Of a DNA stretch of 64,000 bases, positions 40,901 to 64,000 are shown piece after piece. The translations under genes were made by a program, and so were the position numbers. The DNA comes from Podarcis liolepis (taxonomy: Eukaryota). Numbering within the stretch: the first letter of the stretch is position 1; each line of letters begins with the position of its first letter. The notes beneath the pieces are model-generated. The model was not told where the DNA came from. It ran no database searches and saw nothing but the letters and a program-made list of their open reading frames with translations. The stretch lies in the NCBI GenBank assembly GCA_965112155.1, contig OZ218103.1. One strand, written 5' to 3'.

Positions 40901-43900
40901 CTTGCTGTGGAGGAAAGGTATTTAATAACACTTTTAGTAGCTTCATCAAAACTACTAAAGTCAAAGCTACTTCAAAGTCAAAGAAAACCAAACTTAAATG
41001 TGAAAATTATTTTTATGAAGACATCAAGTCAATAGAGTAGAGGACAATGTTTAAAGCTTCTCAAGGTACATTAAGAACAGAAATAAACAACTGAACCGAA
41101 AAGGAGAGAGCAGTAACCACATAACTCAACATTACTGTGATTATGGAGAAAGTTACAGTTACAGTATTTATTTACCCCTGTAAAATGGAAGCTGAGACAT
41201 GGACTCCTAATGATCCAACAGAATATTTTAACATGATCATCTCTTCACTCTATCTGAAGGTATCTGAAGAAGTGTGCATGCACACGAAAGCTCATACCAA
41301 GAACTAACTTAGTTGGTCTTTAAGGTGCTACTGGAAAGAATTTTTTTATCTTCACTCTACAGTTAGTGTTAGAAACTGCATGATATTGATTCTTATGGTT
41401 AGAGTAAAATGGCTGTGATCCAAAGAACCACATAGCTGGCTCCATACACCTGAGGAGGGCTGTGCTAAACACTCCTTCCAACATTTTGTATTCCCTATAA
41501 GGATTGCCTCAGTTGACCAGTAGCTTGAAGCAGGACAGCCATATCTGGTCTGCAACAATTTCAGTTTCATGGAGATTTAAATAATTTATATTCTCTTGCA
41601 TTATATTTTAATTATGAGCAGACAAACCGATACCTGAAGGAAAGCTTCTATGAGTTCTACAATGCATGCCTCAAATGACTAACAGCCCAATCTCAACACA
41701 TGCTGCATCAGCAAACAATTCCTTCAGATGGAATATATTGACTGCTGTTTCAACATGTCACAAAAAGGATCTTGGGAAGATAAAAAATTCATTATCACCT
41801 AAACTGACGTTGGTTCACATCTGTGTTTGGATTATGGGAAGAACTATGGTGTAATTTCTGTTGGGTGAAATCTTTCTGATATTGTCACTCAAGACAAACT
41901 CAAGAGTTTGTGCAAGGGGAGAGATATTTTTGTTTCAAAGAACTACCAACCACCAACAAATGTCTAGCAATGTAAACTGAACTTTAGAATAAATATTCAG
42001 AGATTTGAATTAAGGCTCAAAGCAAACAGGCAATTGCCCTAAAAATGGCAATATATATATATCTTTGTATTTACCTTTTAGGCCTGTTTCAACAATTCAC
42101 ATAAGTGCCTAGTAGAAATATCATTTATGGAAATAGCAGGATTTACTGTATACAAATGGGTCTTACTAAAAAATGCCAGAAAGCTACTTTGCAACTACTC
42201 ATTTCTAACCTAGGATTACCTCCTCTGCAAGGAGACAGCAGCTTCAAGCCTAATGATAGAACCACCCCATGCTAGTTAATGTCAACCTACACAACAGCTG
42301 CACCTTGTGTTCATTGATCTGATGCTGAAGTCCGCAAAGTACTTAGTACTTCAGTACTTAGCAAGTGAATATAAAGTAAAGCACCAAGGACTTCATGCAT
42401 CCGTAGACTGACAAACCCAAGGGGGGGGGGGAGAGCTATAAATTTACTTGAAAATTGCATGCCTAATGGTACCTGTAGCATATTTGCCTCTCATTTCTAT
42501 TGCTTATGAATTGCTTATGAGGATGGCTTTTCTCTATACTTTTCATACACAGCTATGCTGCCTCCACAATACAAAACAACAACAACAACCACCAGTATGA
42601 ACCTGTGCCAGGTAGTGTGTACAACCTTGACCATTAACAATATAATTCAGGGCTCGAGACCCAACTATTCATTCAAATATTTCTATATTCAAATAGATTT
42701 CTTGTAAATGCTTCTATAAAACTCAAGCAAATTATGTCATATTATTTTCTGTCATTTGAACGAACTTGAGAATGGTAGCTACTCCTAGTTCAAATGGCTT
42801 GAGAACTAATGGTTCAAACTTCATGAAAAATGGCACCCAGGAGGACATATCTAGTTTAAGAAATACTTGGGTAAATACTGTTAATGACTCTATTGTTTCA
42901 ATTCATTTTATGCTTCTTTACATTTATGTTTCTAGCTTTCATTTCCCTCCTCTACTCTTCCCCTGCTCCATATCATAAATCCAGATAGCATAACTGCATA
43001 GTTTTACATATATTTATTGATTGCATAGCATGTAATTAATCTATTGATCATTCACATTGTCAATTAAACTTGGCTCCATTAGCCTATGTTTGCAACTAAG
43101 GCTGTAATCCATCTGTCCCCTTCTGCTTGTCAGTGGGAGATGGAAAGCAGAGCTCACTCCATCAGCTCTGCTGTGACAGACCAGCTCCATCAGGACTCCT
43201 CTCCCTCAACTTTCACCTTGAAGCAGCCATTTCATCAGACTGCCTCTGTGAGAAAGATAGGAAGCAGGGCTCATTCCATCAGCTTGCCATCAGGCACCTC
43301 CTACCTCTGAATTGTACCAGAAGCTGGTCATTATAAGAACAGAACTGGGGCCTGAGTTGGATTTTGTGTGCAGGAAGGGACTATATATATACGTATTAAA
43401 ATGTATTGTATGGGAGCCTTTTTGGCTAAAGAGCAGGGTACAAACCCTCTAAATAAATATATAAATCCTAACCATGGCTACTCAGAAGTCAGTCCCATTT
43501 ACTCACAGTTAAATGGGGTTGGGATTACAGTATAAGACTGGAATCCTATACCCACTTACCTTGGGGCACATGCAACTGAACTCGAATGGGAATTACTTCT
43601 GAACAGATATGCATATATTTCACTGTAAAGGAGGATCTCTCTGCAATTGCAACCCTGCATCCAGTTACTCAGGTACAGAACTCATTAAATTAAAGGAAAC
43701 TTAACCATGCATAATTAAGGGCAGGAATGCACCCACAGCTATCACACAGCAGCACTACCACTGGGGGTGCACACATGCCATGGTAGTTTCTCCGTTCATA
43801 GAATCCTATCCAGAGAATGTTAGGCTACAGACCTACACACATTTACATGGGAGTAAATCCTATTGAACTGAATGGAATTCCTTCTAAGGAAACATCTTTA

Positions 43901-46351
43901 AGAATGCACTATTAGTTTCACTTAACATTAGCTGTGATGTGATCCACTTATCCCATTGATTTCAAATGACCAAAATGTAACTTTCTCCAAATTGGGGCCA
44001 CAGAACTGTAGCATATTAAATGTAATTAGCACAAGCTCCTTCATTACAGGAACATTCACCTGCACATACACAGCCAACTCTACAGATTAGCCTTTCTCAG
44101 CCTTGGGTCCCCAGATGTTGGACTACAACACCCATTATCCCTAGCTAGCAGGACCAGTGGCCAGGGATGATGGAACTAATGGAACTTATTTCAGCTACTT
44201 GAGGCATGCCCAAATGCTTGGCTGCACCCATAATGATACAACATCCCCACCCCATCTCCCAAACTACTTTAGAAAGTTTCCTCAGTCTATGGATGTATAA
44301 ACCTGCCAATTCCACTTTCTCTTTCTTCCAGTCTTAAATTCAGTTATCCATATCCGCACATCAGCTTGAGATTTATTTATTTTTAAAAGTTCACGAAAAT
44401 TTGGCCTTTTCGTACAAATTTCTCCTAATACAGTATACACTCTTGTATGTAACAAAGGTAAAGGGACCCCTGACCATTAGGTCCAGTCATGACCAACTCT
44501 GGGGTTGCGGCGCTCATCTTGCTTTATTGGCCAAGGGAGCCGGCATACAGCTTCCGGGTAATATTGCCTAAAATATACCTTTTTTGCCAAACAAATTTCC
44601 CTAATGCATTTTGTATATTATTTTCAAGAATATATATATCTGAATGCACATTTTACTAGAGTATATGCATTTCTGTACATAGTACTTATCTGAAGGACAG
44701 CACTGCAAGATCTGAGAAAGTGCTTATTTCAAAGAATGGTTGTTCATGTATTGCTGCAGAAAACGTGGATTAAGCAGATTTGCTCTTAAATGCAAACAAA
44801 AAAAAATTTCTTCCCCAGTCCGATCTCAGGGTCAATAGTGGTTTAGCATGTGATGTGAGGGGCTGCTGCTGCTGTGCGAGCAATGTCAGCTACAAGATCC
44901 TTGGGGCATCTCACCAGCAACCATTGGTCAGTAGCAGGTCAATGTTAAGAAACAGACCAGCAGTTCCCATGTATCAGAAGTTTTATGCACAGGTTTGCTA
45001 GCCTGTCACTGCTCTGTGAAGGTTCTACAGTTGCAGTTAACGGGACTGTCCTTATCTCCTACCCACCTCATTAATTTAACCCTTCCAAATCGGTATATTC
45101 AAGACCGAGTAGGTAATAACACTCAGCTATATTGACAAACAAAACTGCACACCTCATATAACTGGCCAACCTCATCCTAAACGCTAAAATGTGCATTGTC
45201 AACCATGCATATCTTCGTCCTTAAAAGTTGTGCCTGGTTGCATTTTCACACCATGTTTTTCTATTATTCCTATTATTGATGGAAGGCATTAACACGGAGA
45301 CATGTACCAAACAACACCATAAAAAGCTAGCAAAAGGAAGAGGGTACAGGAATATAATTACAGACCCAAAATCAACAGCACCATTAACGTTTAGCCAGCG
45401 CCGTACTTCTCCCTCTGTGCCTGCGCTGCTGGCCGCAAAAGCTGTGCATGCTGCTCAATAACATGTATGCACGTTCCTATATACTGGCAGATCTTTCCCA
45501 TGAACGCACCATTAGGGACGAAAAAGAAAGAACATTTTCGAGTCGCCCCCCCACCCCGGGAGAAGCTGGCTCACATGTTTCATGTGCCCATTTCCATTAG
45601 ACCAGGGCACCCCGATTCACCTTTCTCTCCCTCTCGCATCCTAGCCACCGTCCTCCATGGCATTCCCCCTGACCCCCACAATCGCCGCCGCCGCCCCTTA
45701 TTCCCTGCAGGCGGAAGAGAGCAGCTCAGGCCCCTTCCCCTGAGGACCCCACGCCAGACCTCCCAGGCAGTGGCACCCAAACATATCTCCCCCCCATCAG
45801 CAGCCTTCCTGGAGATCCCCACTCCTTCCTCTGAGGGAAGGAAAACAGCCAACAACACCCCCCAGGCGCCGGGAGGAGCCCCTCGACCCGCGTCCACCTT
45901 CATTTAATTGGAGACAACGCCGCCGTGCCAGGAGGAGAGCGAGGAAGGGGGGCACCCCAGCAGCCCCTCCCTGTCTCTGCCAGCCTTGCCAGCCTGGGGA
46001 AGGCGCACTGGTCCAGCTCCACCTCGCCTCCACCTGCCCTCCCTTCAGCCGGGGGGCGACCCAGCAGGCCGGGCCCCCCCCCAGGTTGCCGTGCCCGGGG
46101 GCTGGGAGCGGGGGCGACGCCCGGGGATGGAGAGGAAGGAGCCCTCCGGGCGGCAGCTTCCCATTTGTCTCCCTCACGGCACCCACCCAGGGAGGCGGCT
46201 CGCCGCTCCCTGTCCCTACCGGGCCGACGCTGGTGTCCCCAGAAGCGCAGAGCAGGGGGGCGCGGAGGAGGAGGAGGAGGAGCAGGCGGCGGCACCCCCA
46301 GGCAGGGGCTCCACGGCATCCCCGCTGCCTCCGCTCCATGGCGGGGCCCAT
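16623..46351 (-). CDS. MMP24: Matrix metalloproteinase-24 (MT5-MMP), 9 coding exons; exons 2-9 total 1692 nt (563 aa + stop)
   Basis: Signal peptide, PRCGVPD cysteine switch, RRRSKR furin site, [11 protein letters not shown] zinc motif, Met-turn, hemopexin repeats, TM segment and C-terminal ...RPVQEWV*. Introns are GT-AG and in phase. Confidence 0.97.
17456..17722 (-). CDS. MMP24: MMP24 exon 8 (267 nt)
   Basis: [49 protein letters not shown]...FVSKEG. Confidence 0.96.
17869..18007 (-). CDS. MMP24: MMP24 exon 7 (139 nt)
   Basis: [46 protein letters not shown]. Confidence 0.95.
18884..19098 (-). CDS. MMP24: MMP24 exon 6 (215 nt, hinge + hemopexin start)
   Basis: [20 protein letters not shown]...[22 protein letters not shown]. 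Confidence 0.96.
19279..19410 (-). mobile_element. tRNA-Lys-derived SINE with CR1-type (ATTCTRTG)n tail
   Basis: Minus strand agagcaggagactcttaatctcagggtcttgggttcaagccccacattgg (tRNA-Lys CTT-like) followed by gacccttg...ttccaactctacaattctatgattctgtg. Confidence 0.7.
20760..20794. repeat. (TG)n microsatellite
   Basis: Direct reading. Confidence 0.95.
21709..21870 (-). CDS. MMP24: MMP24 exon 5 (162 nt, zinc-binding motif)
   Basis: [34 protein letters not shown]...GIQKIYG. Confidence 0.97.
22284..22318. repeat. (AG)n microsatellite
   Basis: Direct reading. Confidence 0.95.
26522..26826 (-). CDS. MMP24: MMP24 exon 4 (305 nt, catalytic domain)
   Basis: [37 protein letters not shown]...[37 protein letters not shown]. 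Confidence 0.97.
29144..29289 (+). mobile_element. RTE-BovB LINE 3' end with (CAA)n tail
   Basis: gcctggcgtgctctggtccatggggtcacgaagagtc..acacgactaaacgactaaacaacaacaa; 10-bp TSD AGCAGTCTCA. Confidence 0.85.
31447..31563 (-). CDS. MMP24: MMP24 exon 3 (117 nt, cysteine switch + furin site)
   Basis: [38 protein letters not shown]. Confidence 0.96.
32086..32176 (-). mobile_element. 5'-truncated Sauria SINE 3' end
   Basis: aaagg..aaagggacccctgaccattaggtccagtcg (reverse of ACCTTT-type tail); 14-bp TSD CCATTATAGATTAG (32072-32085 / 32177-32190). Confidence 0.8.
33031..33179 (-). CDS. MMP24: MMP24 exon 2 (149 nt, propeptide)
   Basis: ttcag| [50 protein letters not shown] |gtaag. Confidence 0.95.
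33295..33536. mobile_element. Tc1/mariner-pogo (Tigger-like) MITE
   Basis: Perfect 18-bp TIR CAGTGGTACCTTGGGTTA with TA TSD on both sides. Confidence 0.88.
34915..34947. repeat. (CA)n microsatellite
   Basis: Direct reading. Confidence 0.95.
37648..37790. mobile_element. Common squamate hAT-like MITE (other copies ~11920-12045, ~44095-44175, ~50720-50800, ~60620-60755)
   Basis: gatggagaacctg...gttggactccaact...tgggagttgtagtc...gggccacaggttcccca palindromic layout recurring in the window. Confidence 0.6.
38545..38905 (+). mobile_element. RTE-clade LINE 3' fragment
   Basis: Decayed ORF end: [16 protein letters not shown] ... [23 protein letters not shown] (C-terminal zinc-finger-like motif typical of RTE). 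Confidence 0.7.
40205..40340. mobile_element. GC-rich MITE (PIF/Harbinger-like)
   Basis: cagccaaggggggcagggaggggcagctgcccccc ... ctgccccccctaacaaaaatcctggatacgccc; internal duplicated ctgccccccctaacaaaa. Confidence 0.45.
41253..41348 (+). mobile_element. 96-bp hammerhead-only PLE insertion in MMP24 intron 1
   Basis: 11-bp TSD TCTTCACTCTA (41242-41252 / 41349-41359); 41260-41346 matches 1207-1293 with one substitution. Confidence 0.88.
41260..41297 (+). ncRNA. Minimal type-I hammerhead ribozyme motif (identical to 1207-1244)
   Basis: GTATCTGAAGAAGTGTGCATGCACACGAAAGCTCATAC. Confidence 0.8.
43465..43965. repeat. Cluster of ~5 decayed copies of a short palindromic repeat (aatccta...ttact...agt...cccattgaa...atggga.ttacttct...)
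   Basis: Motif recurs serially here and singly at ~485-560, ~46820-46880 and ~63670-63735. Confidence 0.5.
44454..44560 (-). mobile_element. Sauria SINE fragment
   Basis: aaaggtaaagggacccctgaccattaggtccagtc...cagcttccgggt, near-identical to the 32086 copy. Confidence 0.8.
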
Positions 46352-46850
46352 CCCTGCACCTGCTCAGGCAGGGAGAGCAGGGCCTGGCCGACCGCGCATG
46401 CGCCCGGCCACAGAGGTGGGAAGGGGACGCGATGCAACTCAACCCCGCTGGTTCCTTGAGGTAATCGCGCGCGCGCGCGCGCGCAAACACAGGCACACAC
46501 ACACAGAGACGCACACTCAGACAGTGCCCACCACCCGCCCTGGGAGCCTCCTTCCCAGGTGGCGGGAAAGAAGGGTTTCCGTTCCAGGTCTGCCTGTCTG
46601 AAGGGCGCGCCTTGGAGAAGCTCGCCAAGGGTGGGCACCATGGGTGGCAAACGCGGCGCCGCTTGAGGAGAAGGGCGGGCGGGCGAGGGTTGGTCTTAGA
46701 CCGGGTTGGAAAGACGGCACTAAAAAAAAAAAAAAAAGGCTGAAGGGCTCAAAGATGCTCGCCAAATCATGGGGGGAAAGTATCAGCAACAGAACGGGCT
46801 CTAAAGTTCTTTTGGCGCGCAATCCTCACCATGCCTACTTGGAAGTCAGT
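45500..46850. promoter_or_regulatory. CpG island / MMP24 promoter with NRF1 palindrome GCGCATGCGC (46394-46403), (CG)9 tract (46466-46484) and GC boxes (~46673-46685)
   Basis: Very GC/CpG-rich block over MMP24 exon 1; motifs read directly. Confidence 0.8.
46187..46351 (-). CDS. MMP24: MMP24 exon 1 (signal peptide); 3' boundary uncertain (in-frame donors would end the exon at 46220, 46187 or 46034)
   Basis: [10 protein letters not shown]...[18 protein letters not shown] hydrophobic leader inside a CpG island. Confidence 0.65.
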
Positions 46851-47210
46851 CCTTTTGAATTCAGTGGCGCTTGCAACCTTAGATATCAAGTGTCTTGACT
46901 GCAGATGGTCACCGTGTGAAAGTTCCTGATGCTGTTAACCTGGATTATTCAATCTGAAATTATCCACCACTGGCTACCCCTTTAAAGCGTCTTTGGTATT
47001 TTATTTTTATTTTTTAATACATGCAGACTTGAATTACAACCCAATTCTATTTAACACAATGACTAAGTAAAATTTTATAACGGAGCTAACTTTCAAGTGG
47101 TTTCCCTCCCCATTATTATCCTTTTTACTCCAGTCTCGGAATCCCTTCATTTACTAGTAAATTTGCTTCAAGGTGATGCTTATCACTTCCATCTCCCTAA
47201 TTATTATGAC

Positions 47211-47290
47211 CAGTGCTTTTTTTTCATAGAAAAAAAGGTGCAGTGCTGGTACTGAGTACCCTTGAATACCCCTTGGGGAAAAAAGCACTT
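47211..47290. mobile_element. 80-bp hAT-type MITE
   Basis: TIRs CAGTGCTTTTTT / AAAAAAGCACTT; perfect 8-bp TSD ATTATGAC. Confidence 0.8.
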
Positions 47291-48184
47291 ATTATGACCC
47301 AACACTCCCCCCCCCCAGAGGTTTAAGTGTATTGAGAGGTAACTGAAGTAAGTTTAAATGTGCAGACTTGTGGTTCTCATACCAAGTGAGAAAGCAGGGG
47401 TAAACCAAGCTCTGAGAAATATCGTTTAGCTTTTTCATTCTAGATATGGAATGCTAAATTAGCAGGTTAGAGATCTATGATGACAAAATACGAGGCACTA
47501 CACTTCTGTAAAACAAGAAAATCCTGAATAAAATATATATTTTTTTTTAAAAAGAGAGATCTATGATGACTGTGCCACAATGTCATGGTCTGGTTGGACG
47601 CAGAGGAATGGTGGGAGGAACGAGCTGGAGAACCACCAAGAGAATAAGGCTCAGAGCCCAGGGAGGAGTGATGGGACCACGACTCCAGTTTTCCAGTTCT
47701 CTTAAAGGTGGCCTGGAGGACCAATTGTGTTGAAAGAGACAGAGAGAGACCGTCTTGATGTACGGTAAGTGCAGCCATGATTGCTTCTCTCTCAGTCAGA
47801 CTTTGCTAGCAAGCAGCATGACCTATTTAGCTGGTACCTGCTCTTCTTAGAAAAAGTTACACTGTTAACCTGACACACTTTGCGGTTGGAAGTTTACTGT
47901 CAGTGTCAAAAAGGCAATGTCCAAGGAGATGGTAGAAACCTGTGGAAGCCTGCTTTTTAGGGACCTAAGCCTAGTCCTAACTGAATGCTGACCAGAGTGT
48001 TTTTCCATTTTGATACCCATGTCTAAGATGGATGCTAATTAACAAGGAGTTGAATGCTTGTTTTTAGACAATCATTTATGTATTTCTATGATCATGCATG
48101 TATGTGACCAATAGGTAACATGGTCAGACTTTTTTTTTCATGTAACAGTGTATTGGGACCTTAAAGGTACTGACCAGGCACTCT

Positions 48185-48420
48185 GAGGAGTTGCAGTGAT
48201 TTTTTGGGTGTTAAACCTATTGAAATGGATCTAGAAAATCAGTTTCCTCCAAGAGCACATGGATGTGGTCTGCAACCACCCACTCAAGAACCTTGCCCAA
48301 GGAGGAGAAATTGGCACCTGGCCAGTAGTTACTTAGATTTTCCAAGTCCAGGGTTTCTTGAGGAGTGGTTTTACTGCTGCCTGATTCAAGCAGGCAGGGA
48401 CTACTCCCTCTCACAAGGAG
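48185..48420 (-). mobile_element. L2/CR1-group LINE RT N-terminal fragment, inverted relative to 48590-49280
   Basis: LENLSNYWPGANFSSLGKVLEWVVADHIHVLLEETDFLDPFQ (NYRP..N...L.K.LE...LDPFQ RT motif). Confidence 0.75.
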
Positions 48421-48589
48421 GCATTCATCACCTCCCTGCCTAGCCAGCTGTGCCCTCCCTGCTATTTTTTAGCAGAATCACTCCAGAGCCAGTCACCTTG
48501 GCATGGATGACACTTTGTCAGACCTAGTGGAAACTCCACTATTAAAAATAAGTGCTTTGCTCAAGTAATGGTTACAATTGGATAATAAG

Positions 48590-49280
48590 TTATCTCTCTC
48601 ACAGGTTGCTGGGTGGGGTTATCCGGAGGTTGTCAGCAGTATGCTGATGACCCTCAGCACTATTTCTCCTTACACCTGCAGGTGAGGCAGTGGAAGTGCT
48701 GGACCAGTATCTTGCCTCGGTAATGGACTGGATGAGAGCGAATAAACAGGAACTCAATCCAGATAAGACTGAGGCACTGTTAGCGGGTGGTTCCCTAGCC
48801 CAGATGGATGGGAGATCGCCTGCCTCTTGATGGGGTTACACTTCCTCTGAAGGAGCAGGTTCATAGCTTGGGGGTACTCCTGGATCCATTGCTGTCGCTC
48901 GAGGGTCATGTGGCCTCAGTGAGCCAGAGTGCCTTCCATCAGCTTCGGCTGGTGGCCCAGCTACACCCCTATCTGAACAGGGACAGCCTAACTACTGTTG
49001 TCTATGCTCTGGTAACCTCAAAGACAGATAACTTCAATGCATTATACATAGGGCTGCCTCTGAAGATGGTTCAGAAATTTCAGCCTGTGCAGAATTAAGA
49101 CGGTTTGAGCATATTGCACCGATCCTGGTCTGACTGCACTGGATACCAATTAGTTTCCGGGCCCAATTCAAAGTGCTGGCTTTGACCTATAAAGCCTTAA
49201 ACGGCTCAGCACCACAATACCTCAAGATACCTATTTCCATATGAACCTACCGGGACCCCGAGATCACCTTCTGAGTTCTC
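48590..49280 (+). mobile_element. L2/CR1-group LINE RT 3' fragment (decayed)
   Basis: QYADD motif at ~48636; LNPDKTE; SLGVLLD; LVTSK.DNFNALYIGLPLK; HWIPISFRAQFKVL. Confidence 0.85.
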
Positions 49281-49379
49281 CAATATGGCATACCTGTGCA
49301 TGCCTCTGTTACTGAAACTTGTAAATGACATTTTGATTCAACTGCAAAACATGCTCTATTAGTTAATTGAAAGGTCTGC

Positions 49380-49385
49380 TTTATT
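49380..49385 (-). terminator. Candidate LZTR1 polyadenylation signal AATAAA
   Basis: tttatt on + strand ~1.07 kb downstream of the LZTR1 stop, just before the L2 insertion; an alternative lies at ~49614. Confidence 0.45.
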
Positions 49386-50455
49386 CAGATACATTTTTGT
49401 TTCCATTTGTGTATACTGTGTATATACGGACAATGACAATAAATTTATCTAAATCTACAGTGAGAGTAGAGAAGCAAGCAAAAAGAAAGCAAGCCAGCAA
49501 TTCAGCTACGCTCCCTTTGTGGACGGGGGGGGGGGGGGGAGAGATGTTGAGGTTGCTAATGAAAACATGTATTTTTTTTAAAAAAAAAATTGCAGACAAA
49601 CAAGGAGACAACTTTTATTTGATCAATTTCTATGTGAATGTTTCAAGGTATACTGAGAACTTAAGTGTGCAAAATATCAGGTATTAATGTTCCCTAATTA
49701 AAAGATTGCGTCAAAGGCTTTCAAGAGTACACCACATTCCAATATACATTTCTTTGCCACTCTGCTTTTCAGAAAGTATATTCAACCTTTAAACTACAAA
49801 CAGACACAATGAAAGGTATAACATTGTTTTGAAAAGAGTCTTTGGTGACATCTGCTTAGATGCTGGGAAAGGAAAAACATCTACGACTTAACAAATATAT
49901 GCTGGATGCACCTTGTCAACAGATGCTCCATGTAGTGACTTGTTACACTGACGGAGAAGCAGAACACAGTTTTGGCTGCTCTACTGCATTCATAATTACC
50001 TGAAGCCATCAGGCACTGAATCGTTTTTCCTTCAGCTTCTATATCTCAGTCCACCTGATTAAATGTGCCAGGCATCAGAAGTGTACTGATGGGAAAAGGA
50101 AGCAACTTCTGTGTTTGGATAAAACCATCTTGTCGTGGTTCAAATGTGATGCTCTCAAGGACAAAGAATCAAAGAGGCATTATCAGTAATAAAGTTAAGT
50201 AAATATTTGTATCAGGCTTGTTTCTTAGTAGTGCCAACATGCCTGAGAACTGTCGTATCGTCTTCTCTTTGCATCCCTGTGGTCAGGTTCAGGTTCAAAT
50301 TTACCTTTCACACATTCAAAGGTTTTCATGCTTTGAGGACGTTCTTCACCAGATCAACGTGGAATGGTAACAAAGGTTAGACAGAGACTGGTGGTACAGG
50401 TAGGAAAAGTGCCATCTCTTGAAGAAAAAGTGCAATATGAAGAATACAGGAAATC

Positions 50456-63487
<13,032 letters not shown>

Positions 63488-63922
63488 CTGAAGTAGAAAA
63501 CAAAATGTTTTAGTGGCTCAGTCCCTGAAGACACACATGAATCCATATACACAACTATGTTATCTTTCATTCTCATAGCATACATGATATCAATTCTATA
63601 GCTCTTTTCTTTATGTGTATATTATGTGTTTTGGATCTGTTGTCTTGTCTAAGATGCAATGCTCACTCAGACTGCAATCCTAATGACAATCCTGAATACA
63701 GTGGGATTATTTCTGAACAGACATACGATTGTGCTATTTCTTTTAAACTTTAAATGCATTGGTACAATGAATTTTGTTTGTAAGCAATAAATGTAAACAT
63801 TTGCAACATTCTCATAGCATACCACAAGCTGTAGTATTATATCAATTGTATAGCTCTTTTCTTTATGACTGCAATCGTAATTACAATCCTGAATACAGTG
63901 GGATTATTTCTGAACAGACATA

Positions 63923-64000
63923 AAGCTAAAGGTAAAGGGCCCCTGACCATTAGGTCCAGCCGTGCCCGACTCTGGGGTTGTGGCGCTCATCTTGCCTTAT
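63923..64000 (-). mobile_element. Sauria SINE fragment (runs off window)
   Basis: aaaggtaaagggcccctgaccattaggtccag... Confidence 0.75.

Noticed and set aside
45467-46898. Many long overlapping ORFs (up to 242 aa) on both strands
   Set aside because: Expected from stop-codon scarcity in a GC-rich CpG island; only the frame with the signal peptide (MMP24 exon 1) is supported.
47581-47875. Possible solo LTR (TGTCA...TGACA); similar impression at ~1608-2002
   Set aside because: No convincing TSD, PBS or PPT; cannot be supported without a repeat-library search.

Overview
Eukaryotic, intron-rich vertebrate DNA from a squamate reptile. Sauria SINE, Squam3-like SINE, BovB and L2 repeats point to a lizard, probably a lacertid. 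The window holds three protein-coding genes. EIF6 is complete on the + strand (6 coding exons, 245 aa). MMP24/MT5-MMP is complete on the - strand (9 exons, convergent with EIF6; exon-1 donor uncertain). An LZTR1 gene on the - strand is present for its 3' two-thirds (12 coding exons in window), with a U12-type minor intron and no counterpart of human exon 10. The most notable accessory signal is a family of Penelope-like-element (PLE) insertions carrying minimal type-I hammerhead ribozyme motifs. It includes a truncated GIY-YIG copy (607-1292), a 96-bp ribozyme-only insertion (41253-41348) and an ORF-less palindromic double-hammerhead element (13645-13852), each flanked by an 11-13 bp target-site duplication, plus older decayed copies. 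Many MITEs, SINEs, LINE fragments, microsatellites and one 161-N assembly gap are also present. Most ORFs in the supplied track are spurious. All comparisons with human proteins and exon sizes are from memory, not from a search.
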